NCBI GenBank assembly: GCA_964019425.1
Contig: OZ025804.1
Span: 372,001 to 436,000 of the forward strand
Length of the DNA stretch: 64,000 nt
Source: Flectonema sp. DT1601
Taxonomy: Eukaryota
Direction of reading: 5' to 3'
Numbering within the stretch: the first letter of the stretch is position 1; each line of letters begins with the position of its first letter. A program made the translations under genes and the position numbers. The notes below the pieces were generated by a model. It made no database searches, was not told the origin of the DNA, and saw only the letters and a program-made list of their open reading frames with translations. This document shows, in pieces, positions 21,306-33,233 of the stretch.

Positions 21306-22779
21306 TTTAACTCGCCCAAGTAACCTACGAAATGTGATGATGAATAGCTTGGAGTATGATGAGATTAAAGAACGTGCAAAACATATTTCTTCAAACAGAC
21401 TTCTTTTTTTCATGCTGCACAATTTAGTCCCAACCTATTGAGATTAAGTTAGGTTCTGATAATGTCATCTTCGCTGTTAAGTAAAAAGTGATAATTAAGT
21501 TTCGCTTTCAAAGAAGAATCAGTTAAAACAATTGTCGGGTTAAAACGAATCGGTGAGTGAAATTTACGCAAGAACAACCATACGGTCTCTTACAGTTTAG
21601 TCGCGGGTTTGGGGGGGGTGTACGAGTCATCCTTTAAAGAAAAATACATCAAAGAAAGAATATGCACACAGCTGCTGTCAGTAGATGCAGTACCGCAAAC
21701 AGCACTAGAAACTCCCAACATTGCGGCCAGTGCAGTAAGTCTGAGTAACTTCATGATTAGCAGGTGGCAATAAACTGTGAAAAAAAATATTTTAATAATC
21801 CGAGTGACTACAAACTGATAGTTCCTTAGAATTACGACAACAGGAATGTTTCATCTAAATTATTTATTGTTTCCGTTTTAAGAATCGAAACATAAAATCA
21901 AACGATCCGTCGTATGAACATCCTAAATGAAGGGAAGTGGAAATAGACCTACACCCTTAGAGTATATATCCTTTGGACAACGTCAGGAAACCCTGTGTCT
22001 GGGAACGTAACCAAGAGTTGCATTTTAACTCGCCTGAGTAACCTACGAAATGTGATGATGAATGGCTTGGAGTATGATGAGATTAAAGAACGTGCAAAAA
22101 CATATTTCTTCAAACAGACTTCTTTCTTATGATAACACGATTTAGTCTCAACCTATTGAAGTTGGGGGTTCTGATAATGTCATCTTCGCTGTTAAGTAAA
22201 AAGTGATAATTAAGTTTCGCTTTCAAAGAAGAAACAGACAAATCAACACTACGGGGAAGCTAAAGTCATACGGCACTGGAGAATCACAGCAGGGAGAGGA
22301 ACCCAGAAACGTCAATCAAAAAAAGGTTCACAAAAGAGAAGATTTCGGTAATAAGCTTTCCATCACTGTTTGCACCTGAGAAGGAAATATGATAAGAGAA
22401 TAAGGCATTAACTAAACAAGCTAAGATCAACACAAAGAAGTATCTACACTGTGGATGGGTGCAGATTGCTCCCACTCGAGCAGGGAATGTGTCAGGCCCG
22501 TTTCGATTCGATCGGACACTGGTGGGGGAAGGATGCGGGTGGGGAATACCAAATGGGGTTGGGAGTCTGATAGAATATGACCCAGTCAAGGAAATAAGAA
22601 CACTGCAATGCAATCAAATATTCAATTCCAACTAACAAACACTTGTTAAGAGTGTGTGAGCGAACACACATCTTCTTTTCTGAACACACCAACAAATAAA
22701 AGATAAATTAAATACTTTGAAATAAAACTAAGGGAACAACGCATGCACACTAAAAACAACACTTATGTGATTTATGTAA

Positions 22780-23952
22780 TTACAAATTCTTTATGCTCGT
22801 ATGCAGTTCGTCTCTGTTAATGGATGAACAACCTTCTAGGAATTTACTTCCAACGGATTCCACATTCATGAGGGTTAAATCCAAGGAAGTAAGTGATGAA
22901 CAATTAAATAGAAAACAGTCTCCAACAACCGAAATATTGCTGAGACTTGATAAGTTAACAGATGTGAGGGATGAACAATTATTTAGAAAATAGTTTCCAA
23001 CAGCTGAAACATTGCTGAGACTTGATAAGTTAACAGATGTGAGGGAGGAACAACTATCCAGAAAATAGTTTCCAACAGCTGAAATATTGCTGAGACTTGA
23101 TAAGTTAACAGATGTGAGGGATGAACAATTACAAAGAAACTCGCTTCCAACAGCTGAAACATTGCTGAGACTTGATAAGTTAACAGATGTGAGGGATGCA
23201 CAATTAAATAGAAAACCATCTCCAACAGCTGAAATATTGCTGAGACCTGATAAGTCAACAAATGTGAGGGATGAACAATAATATAGAAAATATTTTCCAA
23301 CAGCTGAAACATTGCTGAGACTTGATAAGTCCAGAAATGTGAGGGATGAACAATTACTTAGAAAATAGTCTCCAACAACTGAAACATTGCTGAGACTTGA
23401 TAAGTCTACAGATGACAGTGAATAGCAATGTTGGAGGAAATTATTACCAACAGATGTGACGTATTGAAGACCAGGAAGGCTGACCTTTATAACCTTACAA
23501 GATGAGGATAAGAATTCATCCGAAACGGTCGTGACTGAGGGTTCAGAGTTGCTGAATGAGATGTTCGTAACATCATCTGAGAACCACTCACTGTTATTAA
23601 ACTGAAGACAGCCATCCACAGCGAATGTGGGAGTATCAAGGCAGAAAAACCCGTCCTGATCCCGTTCTCCTCGTAGGAATGCCTTCGCTCTCTTTGCATC
23701 ATCTGTAAACCATTCCAATCCAAACAAGCGCACCACAGATGCAACCAACAGCGAGCCGTCCTCCACTCCGTACGACACCAGTCGACTACCTGCTCGAAGC
23801 AGCGATCCTGCGAATGAAAGCTCAAGAAAGTCAGCATCGGTATCCCACTCATCAGCTGCAACCTGCAATGCATCCTTCACGAGCGACTCTCCAGAAGCTG
23901 TGAAAACAACGTCAGGAAATCCTGTGTCTGGGAACGTAACCGAGAGTTGCAT
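22780..23952 (-). CDS. UBL + LRR protein, array copy 7 (390 aa, 9 repeats)
   Basis: Intact ORF, first of the array in transcription order. Confidence 0.9.
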   Translation of the reverse strand: MQLSVTFPDTGFPDVVFTASGESLVKDALQVAADEWDTDADFLELSFAGSLLRAGSRLVSYGVEDGSLLVASVVRLFGLEWFTDDAKRAKAFLRGERDQDGFFCLDTPTFAVDGCLQFNNSEWFSDDVTNISFSNSEPSVTTVSDEFLSSSCKVIKVSLPGLQYVTSVGNNFLQHCYSLSSVDLSSLSNVSVVGDYFLSNCSSLTFLDLSSLSNVSAVGKYFLYYCSSLTFVDLSGLSNISAVGDGFLFNCASLTSVNLSSLSNVSAVGSEFLCNCSSLTSVNLSSLSNISAVGNYFLDSCSSLTSVNLSSLSNVSAVGNYFLNNCSSLTSVNLSSLSNISVVGDCFLFNCSSLTSLDLTLMNVESVGSKFLEGCSSINRDELHTSIKNL

Positions 23953-24973
23953 TTTAACTCGCCTGAGTAACCTACGAAATGTGATGATGAATGGCTTGGA
24001 GTATGATGAGATTAAAGAACGTGCAAAACATATTTCTTCAAACAGACTTCTTTTTTTTTTGTTGCACAATATGGTCCCAACCTATTGAGATTAATGACAC
24101 TGGGGGTTCTGATAATGTCATCTTCGCTGTTAAGTAAAAAGTGATAATTAAGTTTCATAAGAAAGGTCACATTTTGGCGTACGCGGCTACAATATTTCCA
24201 AACTTACATCTCATCAAACAATTAATGTTCTAATTGCTTTCATTTTCCCACCCTCGCTGGTTTTTTTTGGGTGACAATTCTTTTAAATTTTTAAATTAAA
24301 AAAAACCAAAATCACACAAAAAAAAAAATAAAGGAAGACCAAGTGTAAGTTTTGGGTACTACATTCCATTCGAGATTCAAGATTTAGCCTCTCATGATAT
24401 AGAACGACCCAAAGCCCTAGAGAACCCGGGGGCGTGTATTTCAGAGCCAGCTGTAAAGCCCTCAGCGTACCCGCCTGATTGTGATTGCGTTAATTTACAG
24501 AATAAAAGAAAAAAACGCAGTGGAAAAGCCAGACATACGGAGATACCAGCCATTTGTTAACCCTTCGGTACCTGACATACCCATAACGGGATATGTACTA
24601 CGTGATGTCTTCGTGGTCTTTGGTAGGGATACTGGTGCCGATGCAGGATTCTGTCCAAATGCATGAGTCATTCGTGACCGCCTGATGGGTTCAGTACATA
24701 ATTTTGTGTAAGGCTGATTGAACGTAATAGCTAATTTAAAAACTCTTAATGTATGTTAATAATCTCAAATCGATGAAAAGAATAAAAAGGTTCAACAATT
24801 ACATATTTGTTGTTTATTTGTGTCGATTATTTTTTTTTTTTCTTTTTTTTTCCAGCTTGTAGAATAACATTTGCCTTAAATGTCCTAAAGTCCTCCTTTG
24901 ACCCGTAGAATGTGTTTTTTAATACAAAAACGCACTACTTCTGTAGAAGATTGATATAAAGGTTATCAAAGAG

Positions 24974-25468
24974 TTACTTATTGTTGAAATTATACTCCTG
25001 AGTGATACCCACTGGTCTCCCGATTTCAGACTTCACACGAGGTGGCCACTCTCCTGAAGGACGCTTATCATCGAAGTCAGCCCATTGTTTTGTGATCATC
25101 GGGTCAACAGGGCCATATACTGCATCAAGATAGACCAGTTTTAATTTTGACAATAGAATTATCACTACTGCTACCATAACAGGAAATCGAAGGCAGTCAA
25201 ATAATAGCTTGTACCCTCCCCTGTATTGGTATTTATATGATGTTAATGGTTGCTCAGTTCGAAGTCTAGGTGGCTGCCACTCATCCGCAGCGGAAAGCTC
25301 AACCTGTGGCGGTAGATCTGGCAACTGTCCTCTCCCAGCTTTTTTCAGTATCGGGTTTATTTTTGGAGGATTCTTTTTTCCTTGATCTTCATATGTATTT
25401 ACTGCTTTATCAACATCACTTGCTCTAGTGATACACCACCTTCGAATTCCCTTTATACGCCGCAACAT
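24974..25468 (-). CDS. Hypothetical protein with one TM helix, possibly mitochondrial
   Basis: 164-aa ORF with an Arg-rich N-terminus (MLRRIKGIRRW) and hydrophobic FPVMVAVVIILL. Confidence 0.7.
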   Translation of the reverse strand: MLRRIKGIRRWCITRASDVDKAVNTYEDQGKKNPPKINPILKKAGRGQLPDLPPQVELSAADEWQPPRLRTEQPLTSYKYQYRGGYKLLFDCLRFPVMVAVVIILLSKLKLVYLDAVYGPVDPMITKQWADFDDKRPSGEWPPRVKSEIGRPVGITQEYNFNNK

Positions 25469-26949
25469 TTTCTGTGTCTGATAGCCTGGAGTAGGGGTCA
25501 GCTAACGTTTACTTTTGTCATCACCACGTTGTTAATAAAATAATAATAAATAATAAAGTAGCAGGAAAAAAAAACTGTTTTGCTCGTACACATCCCGCAT
25601 CACAATCCTCCTGCAGAGCGAGAGAATTAATTTTTTCACGTTACATAAGAGACTCGCAGTGGTTACAACACGGAGTAGGTTAATGGGCTCTTCCGTATGC
25701 GTTGCAACAATGGCCCAACAATTGACAAAGAGTTCGTATAACAAACAGCTGGTAGCCACCCACAGAGATAGAATTTGTTGTTTTGAAATTAATATTTTCT
25801 TTTTCCAATTTAGTTAATTTTTTTTTTTTTTTTTTTTGTTCACATCCTTTAGCATTAAAAACAACAAAGAGAAATACCATAATCACATAAGCGGGAAATT
25901 TCTGGGATACAGTGACTTAATGTTTTTCAACGTAACCATTCAATGAGAAGGAAACAGATATCCTCTCATCAAGCCACCAAGACATACACTCGCATCATGC
26001 TCCAGGAATGAAGCGAAGAAGCGGTACATCACTACCCATGTGGAAAAAAAAAAAGGTCGATGAGGGATTATTTTGATCTACGACTTCGCTCAGTCGGGGA
26101 ATCCTCAGGTAAAACAAAACACCAACGAGGATTAGTGTTCTTTTTTTTTTTTTTTTTAAAAAGAAAAAATTTAAAAAAAAAAAAAAAATTAAAAAACAGA
26201 GCGCGGTTATAGTGCTGTGAAGAGGGGGGGGAAAGCATAACAACAATTGAACGAATGTAGTTAGTATTAATAATTATCAGTCAATCAAACTTAGTTAGTG
26301 GGTTGAGTACCGGTTAGATAGACACAACAGGGTGGAACGGTTAACCACCTGTATGTCCCCAATACTACAACATTATGTAAAACCTTATCCCTGAATGTAG
26401 AATGTAATTGAGGCCGCGGAGCAACAGATAACCTCACATCATCGGCTTGTTATTTTTAATCTCGATAGACAGCATAATGTGAATACCCTTTACTTTATGG
26501 ACGGACTCGTGTCGTAATTATTATCTTTTGCGGATTCGGCAGATCAAGGTGAAAATACTAAAACATAATAATAAATTGATTCCACGTATTTTTGTAGGCA
26601 AAAAAAAAAAAAAAAAAAAAATTGCGATTAAAATTGCAGCCATTGCCAGAGAACAATAACTCGCCGCCTTCACACTATTTTTATGTTTTTTTCACCTTTT
26701 TTTTAGTTTTTTTTTTTTTTTTTTTTTTCAAAAAAAAAAAAGAAAAAAGAAAAAGGAAAGGTCATAATCAATTTCTAACAAACTTGGACATCGTGAACTA
26801 CAAACAGGTACGCTTAACTTGGCCCCTTGCAGTTCAAACACAACATCGTTAGATATACAAAAATACGTCCTTCCAGTTGAGTGCTCGTAGTACGCCAACA
26901 AGACTGTAAAATACTTGATTTCTAAAGAAAGGAAATAAGAAAAACTGGG

Positions 26950-26980
<31 letters not shown>

Positions 26981-27242
26981 AAAATGAAAATGAAAGAAAC
27001 ATAACAAATGAATAACAGGAGCTGATTGCGATTTTGATAACATCACATTAAGTGTTTGTTATCAGGATAGAGACGATGGATCGAATGACCAACTACGTGA
27101 TGTTATTAATAATAAAAAGTGCGAGCTCTACATGCAGTTAGTTTAGATTTCATGAAAAAGCTACAGCATTATAACAACACTCCGATAGCGAGATCCGCTT
27201 CATACAAAATACAATAACAGTTAAATACCCGAAACCTTCAAA

Positions 27243-28085
27243 TTATTTCCTCTGCAGAGATGGAGGAACCCACGACGATTCCAACGACCAGTCACTTTCC
27301 TGAGGATGAAGCTCGTAGACTTCCGTATAGCGTACTTTCGGAACATCAGATCCGGTTAATGACTTAATAACTGCCTTTGTAACGCCGTCATGAGCAAAAA
27401 TAACAACATCTTTATTAGCGTTACGAGGCTGAGATAAGACTTTTGATATACAACTGTGGACTCTTGACTTCATGGTTTGGGGTTCGGAAGAGTTGGGATC
27501 GATTTCCCATCCTTCATCATCATAATTAATGTTCGCTACGTCACTGTAGTCGAGGTTTATATTACTAAATACAGACATTAAGTCTGCCGGACTCAGTAAA
27601 ACTGGTTTACAGAGACCCTGATGGATGTCAGGCTTCTTTTCAGCCAACATCATCTTTTTATGAACGCTTGTCTCAGTCTCCGCAAAGCAACTCTCAATAG
27701 AAAGTACCGGATCTTGAGTAAGTTGCATTCCTCTAATTGCATGTCTAGCTGTTTGAACTGCTCTTACTAACGGAGAAGAATAAACGACCATGTCGTTTGA
27801 TTGTAATCTTGCTTTCAAATAATCACCAAGTTCCTTGGCTTGAGTCTTTCCTGTCGGTGATAGAGGGCTGTCATGGCCTCTGGCAGCATTCAATGACCAT
27901 GCTGGATTAATATGATCCATTCTCTCACCATGTCTGGCGATAAATATCCTATTCGGTGGATTTTCTGGTGGTGCTTGCCCTGCCTCTCTCACTGTAGCAT
28001 TCGTCTGCTCCGCACACGTCGAGTCTATACACCCATCAGAGGTTACTGCAATTATTAGAAAAACGAAACATGTCAGGAATTGCAT
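27243..28085 (-). CDS. Histidine phosphatase / phosphoglycerate-mutase-like protein with probable signal peptide
   Basis: IFIARHGERMD, DSPLS..G..QA, YSSPLVRAVQTA and VVIFAHDG. Start taken at MQFLTCFVFLII after a poly-A tract. Confidence 0.9.
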   Translation of the reverse strand: MQFLTCFVFLIIAVTSDGCIDSTCAEQTNATVREAGQAPPENPPNRIFIARHGERMDHINPAWSLNAARGHDSPLSPTGKTQAKELGDYLKARLQSNDMVVYSSPLVRAVQTARHAIRGMQLTQDPVLSIESCFAETETSVHKKMMLAEKKPDIHQGLCKPVLLSPADLMSVFSNINLDYSDVANINYDDEGWEIDPNSSEPQTMKSRVHSCISKVLSQPRNANKDVVIFAHDGVTKAVIKSLTGSDVPKVRYTEVYELHPQESDWSLESSWVPPSLQRK

Positions 28086-28589
28086 TGTTTTTTGTTGTTT
28101 TTTTTTTTTTTTTTTTTTTGTTATTGATAAATCCCTTCTAAAATAACATTTTTTACACAAAGAGATGAGATTTTTTTTTTTTTTTTGACTACACAAATCA
28201 CTACCGAAGATTGGCAGGAATCATAAAAATGGAGGGAAAGAAAAAAAAAAAAAAAAAAAAAAACAGTTTTAATAATATCACAACAGAAGACGAATATATA
28301 TCTGTGTGGTGTAAAAAGAGAGGAGAAAGCATGCAGTCAATACCACAAAACGGATAAAGCGATCAACGAAATTGCGATACAGAGCTCGATGAGACAAATC
28401 ACATCAGAAAATAGTTAGTAGGGGGGGAAGTTGTCACAGATGAAATAAATAATCAAAATCAAAAAAAAAAAATCAGTTATTAGAAAAGGGTTTTAAAAAA
28501 AAAAAAAAGATATAATATCACACGTAAACAGTGTGTGTAAGCAACTCTCACACACACATACACAAAATTATTAACAGACGTTTGTATTT

Positions 28590-29840
28590 TCACAAAGAAT
28601 CAGCCCACTTACGACAAGCCTTGACGTAGTGTCTTCCAACAGCGTTTAGAGTTCCATTTGTGAACAATTCGAGATTATAAGTTCCTCCAGACATGTTTTC
28701 ATTGAACCAAGACAATCCTGCGACTACACGTCGACCATCATTTGTCCTCACGGGTATAATCATATCAATTAAAGTGTCGATAAATGATCCCAACCCTTCT
28801 GGCAGTTCCTTTGTCTTAGGACACTGATGATTAGTTTGATTGATAGCTGGATATTTCTGATTCGGAGAATTCGGAATGCAAGACGAACGCGAAGTAGAAA
28901 TAACACAATTCAGCATACCAACTTCATTAATAACTGCCCCCTGAAGATGTGGATACCTCTCCATCAATTGTCTTGTTATGTTTAGCTTTGACTGGAAATC
29001 ATTATATCCACCTAGCTCTATTGGCCTGCAATCGGATGAATAAAAATGCCATGAAACATGACTTGGACATCCACAACTAACACTACTGCAGTTAGAACAA
29101 GCAGCATCCATAAAGTTTATTAACCAAGTCATACTATTAGCGATGAGAGGAGTTGATAAATATTTGTATCCTTTCTTTACGATTATAGCAGCCTGTTTCC
29201 TCCAACTTCTCATAACAATATCAACACACGATGGGTCTTCGAATAACTTTGGTAGCGGTTGAGGATTCTTACAGCCATTTATTCCCCAAAACCCACTTCC
29301 AGAGGCCTCACTTTGGGATTGACAATCACAATGCCCGTTCGGCAATGCATCTGCAGGAGGTCCGTTAAGAAGAGCAACCGGACACATGTGATTGTCTACT
29401 TCGCTGGTAAGGCAACTTGAGTTACATTTTCCCATAAGGTTTCCCAGACAACTTCCGATAATATCGGGTTCATTTGCCCCGAGGAATAACGTAGACATTG
29501 TCGCCGGTGATGTTTTGTTATTCGAAATCCGAAAGTTGGATTTCCCAGCCGGGATAACCTCCGAGGAATTGACAGTTTCCATCCACCACTGTTCTGGAAT
29601 AAATTCAAAATCCTTCGACAAATACTGTCCTGCTGTTGGGAGTAATCCCCAATTCCAATACGTAAGCTTCCCAGTTGTACTCGATTGTTTCAAACTATTT
29701 ATCAACACTGTCATATCACCAGTTGTTGTACCATTAGGACTAATACCAGGTAACGATCCCAGAAGTCCACATCCCCATATTGTTTGTTTCGGGATTGATA
29801 ACCCAACAATACTCATCAGTGCTGACAACTGAAGTGTCAT
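28590..29840 (-). CDS. Secreted glycoside hydrolase, GH128/Asl1-like (beta-1,3-glucanase-type)
   Basis: YWNWG, EFIPEQW, LGANEPD (acid/base Glu), SWHFYS, VINEVG (nucleophile) and SWF, with Cys-rich insertions. Confidence 0.75.
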   Translation of the reverse strand: MTLQLSALMSIVGLSIPKQTIWGCGLLGSLPGISPNGTTTGDMTVLINSLKQSSTTGKLTYWNWGLLPTAGQYLSKDFEFIPEQWWMETVNSSEVIPAGKSNFRISNNKTSPATMSTLFLGANEPDIIGSCLGNLMGKCNSSCLTSEVDNHMCPVALLNGPPADALPNGHCDCQSQSEASGSGFWGINGCKNPQPLPKLFEDPSCVDIVMRSWRKQAAIIVKKGYKYLSTPLIANSMTWLINFMDAACSNCSSVSCGCPSHVSWHFYSSDCRPIELGGYNDFQSKLNITRQLMERYPHLQGAVINEVGMLNCVISTSRSSCIPNSPNQKYPAINQTNHQCPKTKELPEGLGSFIDTLIDMIIPVRTNDGRRVVAGLSWFNENMSGGTYNLELFTNGTLNAVGRHYVKACRKWADSL

Positions 29841-30574
29841 TTGTTAAGGGATTCTGTTTATGAGTATTTGTGTGGAAGAGTGTAGAAGAAATAGAGTGTT
29901 TTGGTTAGTAATCAATTTGCAACCTGTTGGAGAAAATTGAAATAATTAGCTCAAATTAGAATAGTTTTGTTCGTTTTTAATGATTTTAGGAAACAAATAA
30001 AAACGGTTCCAACATGGGAAAAAAGTCCGTTTTTTTATTTTTATTCTTTTTTCTTTTGTACGCTCGCTCTTTACTGAAATTTGGGAAAAATGAACTGATT
30101 TTTTTTTTTTTTTGCTTTTTTTGTTTCCCACATCCGTGTCCCGGGAGGCAAAGCCTTCTTTCTACAAGCACAGGCACTGAATGGCCGTGCACCAGGTGAC
30201 AGACTGTCGGTAGTTACCTTTCTTGAAGTACAGAGGAGCTATCAAGAATACTATCGATGCTTATGTTTAAAAAAAAAAGGCATTTCCAACTCAAATCAGG
30301 TTGCATGAAAAAATAAAAACACGGTCAGATCATAGCTCTTTCAGTAACATGAAAGTTGGATGCCGCGCCGGGTCTTTTGTTTTTTTCATTCTCCCCCTGT
30401 AGTACTATTTTGAAGTTGGTTTTTAACGATCAGCATCAAAGAGTATCAGTCCCAGATCGTCGAATATAATAAGGGAGAGTCCGCGGAAACCCCCCCCGAG
30501 ATTATAAGAGACCCCATTACCCTTTTTTTATTATTTCAAAGAAAAAGAAAAATAAAAAGAAAGGAAATTCCTTT

Positions 30575-32241
30575 CTAAAAATCACTATCCTCAGATTTAT
30601 ATAATTGAGAGATAAGCCTGTAGATACAAGATGGAGTATAAGCACGTCCACAATCATCATTAGTTATGTATAATGAGATTAGATCTGAAGAGATGTTATC
30701 AACTGTTTGATTAACAACTCGTATCTTATTGGTTCCTGATTCATCTGTGGAAGCAATACACAAGCTCATTGGAATGATTTCTTCTGGACATCCGCATTTG
30801 CTAAATTCTGATAAGTCTGAAGGATTTTTTGGAGTCATTTTCATAGTTGATGCGCATACCATCACTGGAACTTTGTGATTCTTAGCAGCCACAGCCACTC
30901 CGTGGCATCCTGAAGGTCCAATCATTTCTCCGTCTGCGAATACTAAGTGTGCGCTGATAATCACTTTTGATACTCTCGACATGTAACCATATGCGAGAGA
31001 GTCTGGTATAACTGTGACCTTTATACCTGTTTAAAGTTAGATTACATTATTGGTTTTTCATCTCGAAGATTTACGAGTGAAAGAGAACAACTAAAACAAA
31101 GTGTGAGAATTATTCCTTTTTTTTTGATGGTAAAAACGCAAGACGTTTACATGACATACCTTGTTCTACTAACTTAGCTGCCAGACGGTGTCCTCCACAC
31201 CGAGGAGCTGCTTCACAAATAATAACACTGAGATTGGTCTTCTTAGCAGCGACTAGAAAGCTTTCAATTGTTTTGCTGTAGCCGTAGGTGAGGATGGTTT
31301 CTCTGTATGTGTTTGGTGGTGTTTGTGTTATTAAAATAAAAAATAAAAATAAATAATAACTCCAATACATACTCTTCAGCAATGTGATCCACTGCTTGCT
31401 TTGATATGTCTTTGCAAACACTGTCGAACTCCTGAAGGAAATCAACCGATGAAATTCGTTCTAAAATATTATCTTTTAGTCTGTTGAAGTTAACTTCATC
31501 TTCTTTAAGACCTTCTTCGTCTGAAGCCTTAAGTTCCATTGCATACTCATCTCTTATAGCGTATGATACTCTTCTTGTTACATTCGCTATTAGTATTCCA
31601 TAAGGATCACCTTTCTGCATCTGTTCACAGACCTCCCTCAAGCTAAGAATTATAGACTCTAGCTTCCTGCCGTATAGATATGGTAGAATCTCTTTTAGGA
31701 TGAACAGTGCTTCCATTGGGATATTTATATTACTTGTCGTCTCTTCTTTGCTTTGGTAGTGGCCATTTTTCGAACGAATAGCGAGTAAGAACTTTTTGCT
31801 CACATCAGGGATGCTACCATAATTTCCACAAAGACCGTACATTACATCACGGAGTTTAGCAAGCATTTCATTGCCAAAACTGGATAGTTTGTCGTCTGTG
31901 ACATTTAGTTTAACATCTGCAACAGTTTTGTCCTCAGCAGGTAGTTCTTCCTCTTTAATGTCAAGAATTTTTAAGCAAAGCTCCTTCAGCTCTTCGGCAT
32001 TTTCGATCATGGCATTATTGAGCTTCTTATCTTCTATAACATTCTTAGCAAAGAAAACCAATCGCATTAATTTCGTTGCGAAGGAGGAATTCGTCACCGC
32101 AAGGTCGCTCTTGATGTAAGAAAGCTCGTCAGTCACTTTCCACGAGTCAAGTGACCCTCTGACCTTATGAATCGCATTTGCGTAAAAGGTCTTGTATCCT
32201 TTACTTGTGTCATTTGAAAGCATTTCATTATTATTTTCCAT
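30575..32241 (-). CDS. EIF2B2: Translation initiation factor eIF2B beta subunit, 3 exons (32241-31373, 31302-31160, 31026-30575)
   Basis: Two GTATGT...CAG introns (31303-31372, 31027-31159) restore HIAEEETILTYGYS..ICEAAP..GIKVTVIPDS..MSRVSKVII..ADG. Has an N-terminal extension. Confidence 0.85.
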
Positions 32242-32699
32242 TTTTACGTAATAAATTTCTGGACAAAAACAGAATAATTAAATTCCCACCTCCAAACGAA
32301 TCTTGCGAAGGAAAGGAAACCTAAAAAAAATCAATCCCACAAGATAGTGCAATTCTTTTTACACCACAGAGAAATTTAGTTGCGGTTTAGAAGTGTATAC
32401 TCGCTAGCTTAATACAGCTACTCCAGGTAGCAAGTCTTTGAGTGTTGTTATTTATTCGAAATCAATAGTTTTGGCTGTTTGAGGGGGTTAATTTAATAAT
32501 TAAATACAAAGCAACTCGAAACCGACTAAAGTTTAAAACAGAGTTGGTCGATAGAAACAACATTTATATCAACGACAGTATCCATAACGCGACAACTGTT
32601 ATGGCACAACAAACCATTCAGACAAGCAGTCTTTATGTTGTTGATCGCAGACAGCACATGGGGAAATAGATAACATGCAACATAATAAATAAACTGCTC

Positions 32700-33233
32700 T
32701 TAATCTGAGTTCTCTTTTTTTTTTTTTAAAGCAACTATTGGTTTTGTTATGCCGTATGCAAAAAGAGCAGCAGGACCCAAACATTCGAACGCTGCTGGTG
32801 TTTTATGAAACCAATCGAAAGAAGAATTACAATTCGGATGATTCAAAGCAGCGTGTGCTGCAGCTGCAAATGACATAGCCCAGGCACCAGATGTGAATAT
32901 TGCAATCGTTGGATTCGAAAACACGACGCACACCACCAGAAGACTCGTCAGACAAAGTGAAGCAAATGAACAAGCAGATGGTATAACAGCATTGCTTGAC
33001 AGCAAGTACTCACTAACAGGATCTGAAGAAGAAAGTTCACTTCTAAATAATTTCATATCAAAAAAGAATTCAGATAAGACGTCACACCTCCAATCTGAAA
33101 GCTGTTGTCTTTCAACTTCTTTACCAACACACAACACATCAAGTCCAATTGCGTGAGGCAACACTAAAAGTACTGCTGCAGTGCACCTAACAAACAAACA
33201 AATTAATACCGCGGAGTGTAATATATTTCGCAT
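32700..33233 (-). CDS. Hypothetical multi-pass membrane protein
   Basis: 177-aa ORF with several hydrophobic segments. No family recognised. Confidence 0.55.
   Translation of the reverse strand: MRNILHSAVLICLFVRCTAAVLLVLPHAIGLDVLCVGKEVERQQLSDWRCDVLSEFFFDMKLFRSELSSSDPVSEYLLSSNAVIPSACSFASLCLTSLLVVCVVFSNPTIAIFTSGAWAMSFAAAAHAALNHPNCNSSFDWFHKTPAAFECLGPAALFAYGITKPIVALKKKKENSD

Noticed and set aside
21..23281. Plus-strand ORFs of the type MLRLDKSTDVRDEQ
   Set aside because: Antisense shadows of the 75-bp LRR repeats. They are broken by stops wherever the variable codons change.
4338..23952. Canonical diversity-generating retroelement (RT plus TR/VR)
   Set aside because: The RT is Penelope-type and broken, no template repeat is visible, and silent adenines are not mutated. 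Kept only as a testable codon-pattern observation.
24160..24671. Small spliced gene upstream of the array (GTATGT..CAG intron candidate at ~24475-24538)
   Set aside because: Two alternative short frames are possible and neither is recognisable. Needs RNA evidence.
26310..26360. Isolated hairpins here and near 55650-55675 as ncRNA candidates
   Set aside because: Single hairpins without tRNA, snoRNA or snRNA box motifs and no second copy to show covariation.
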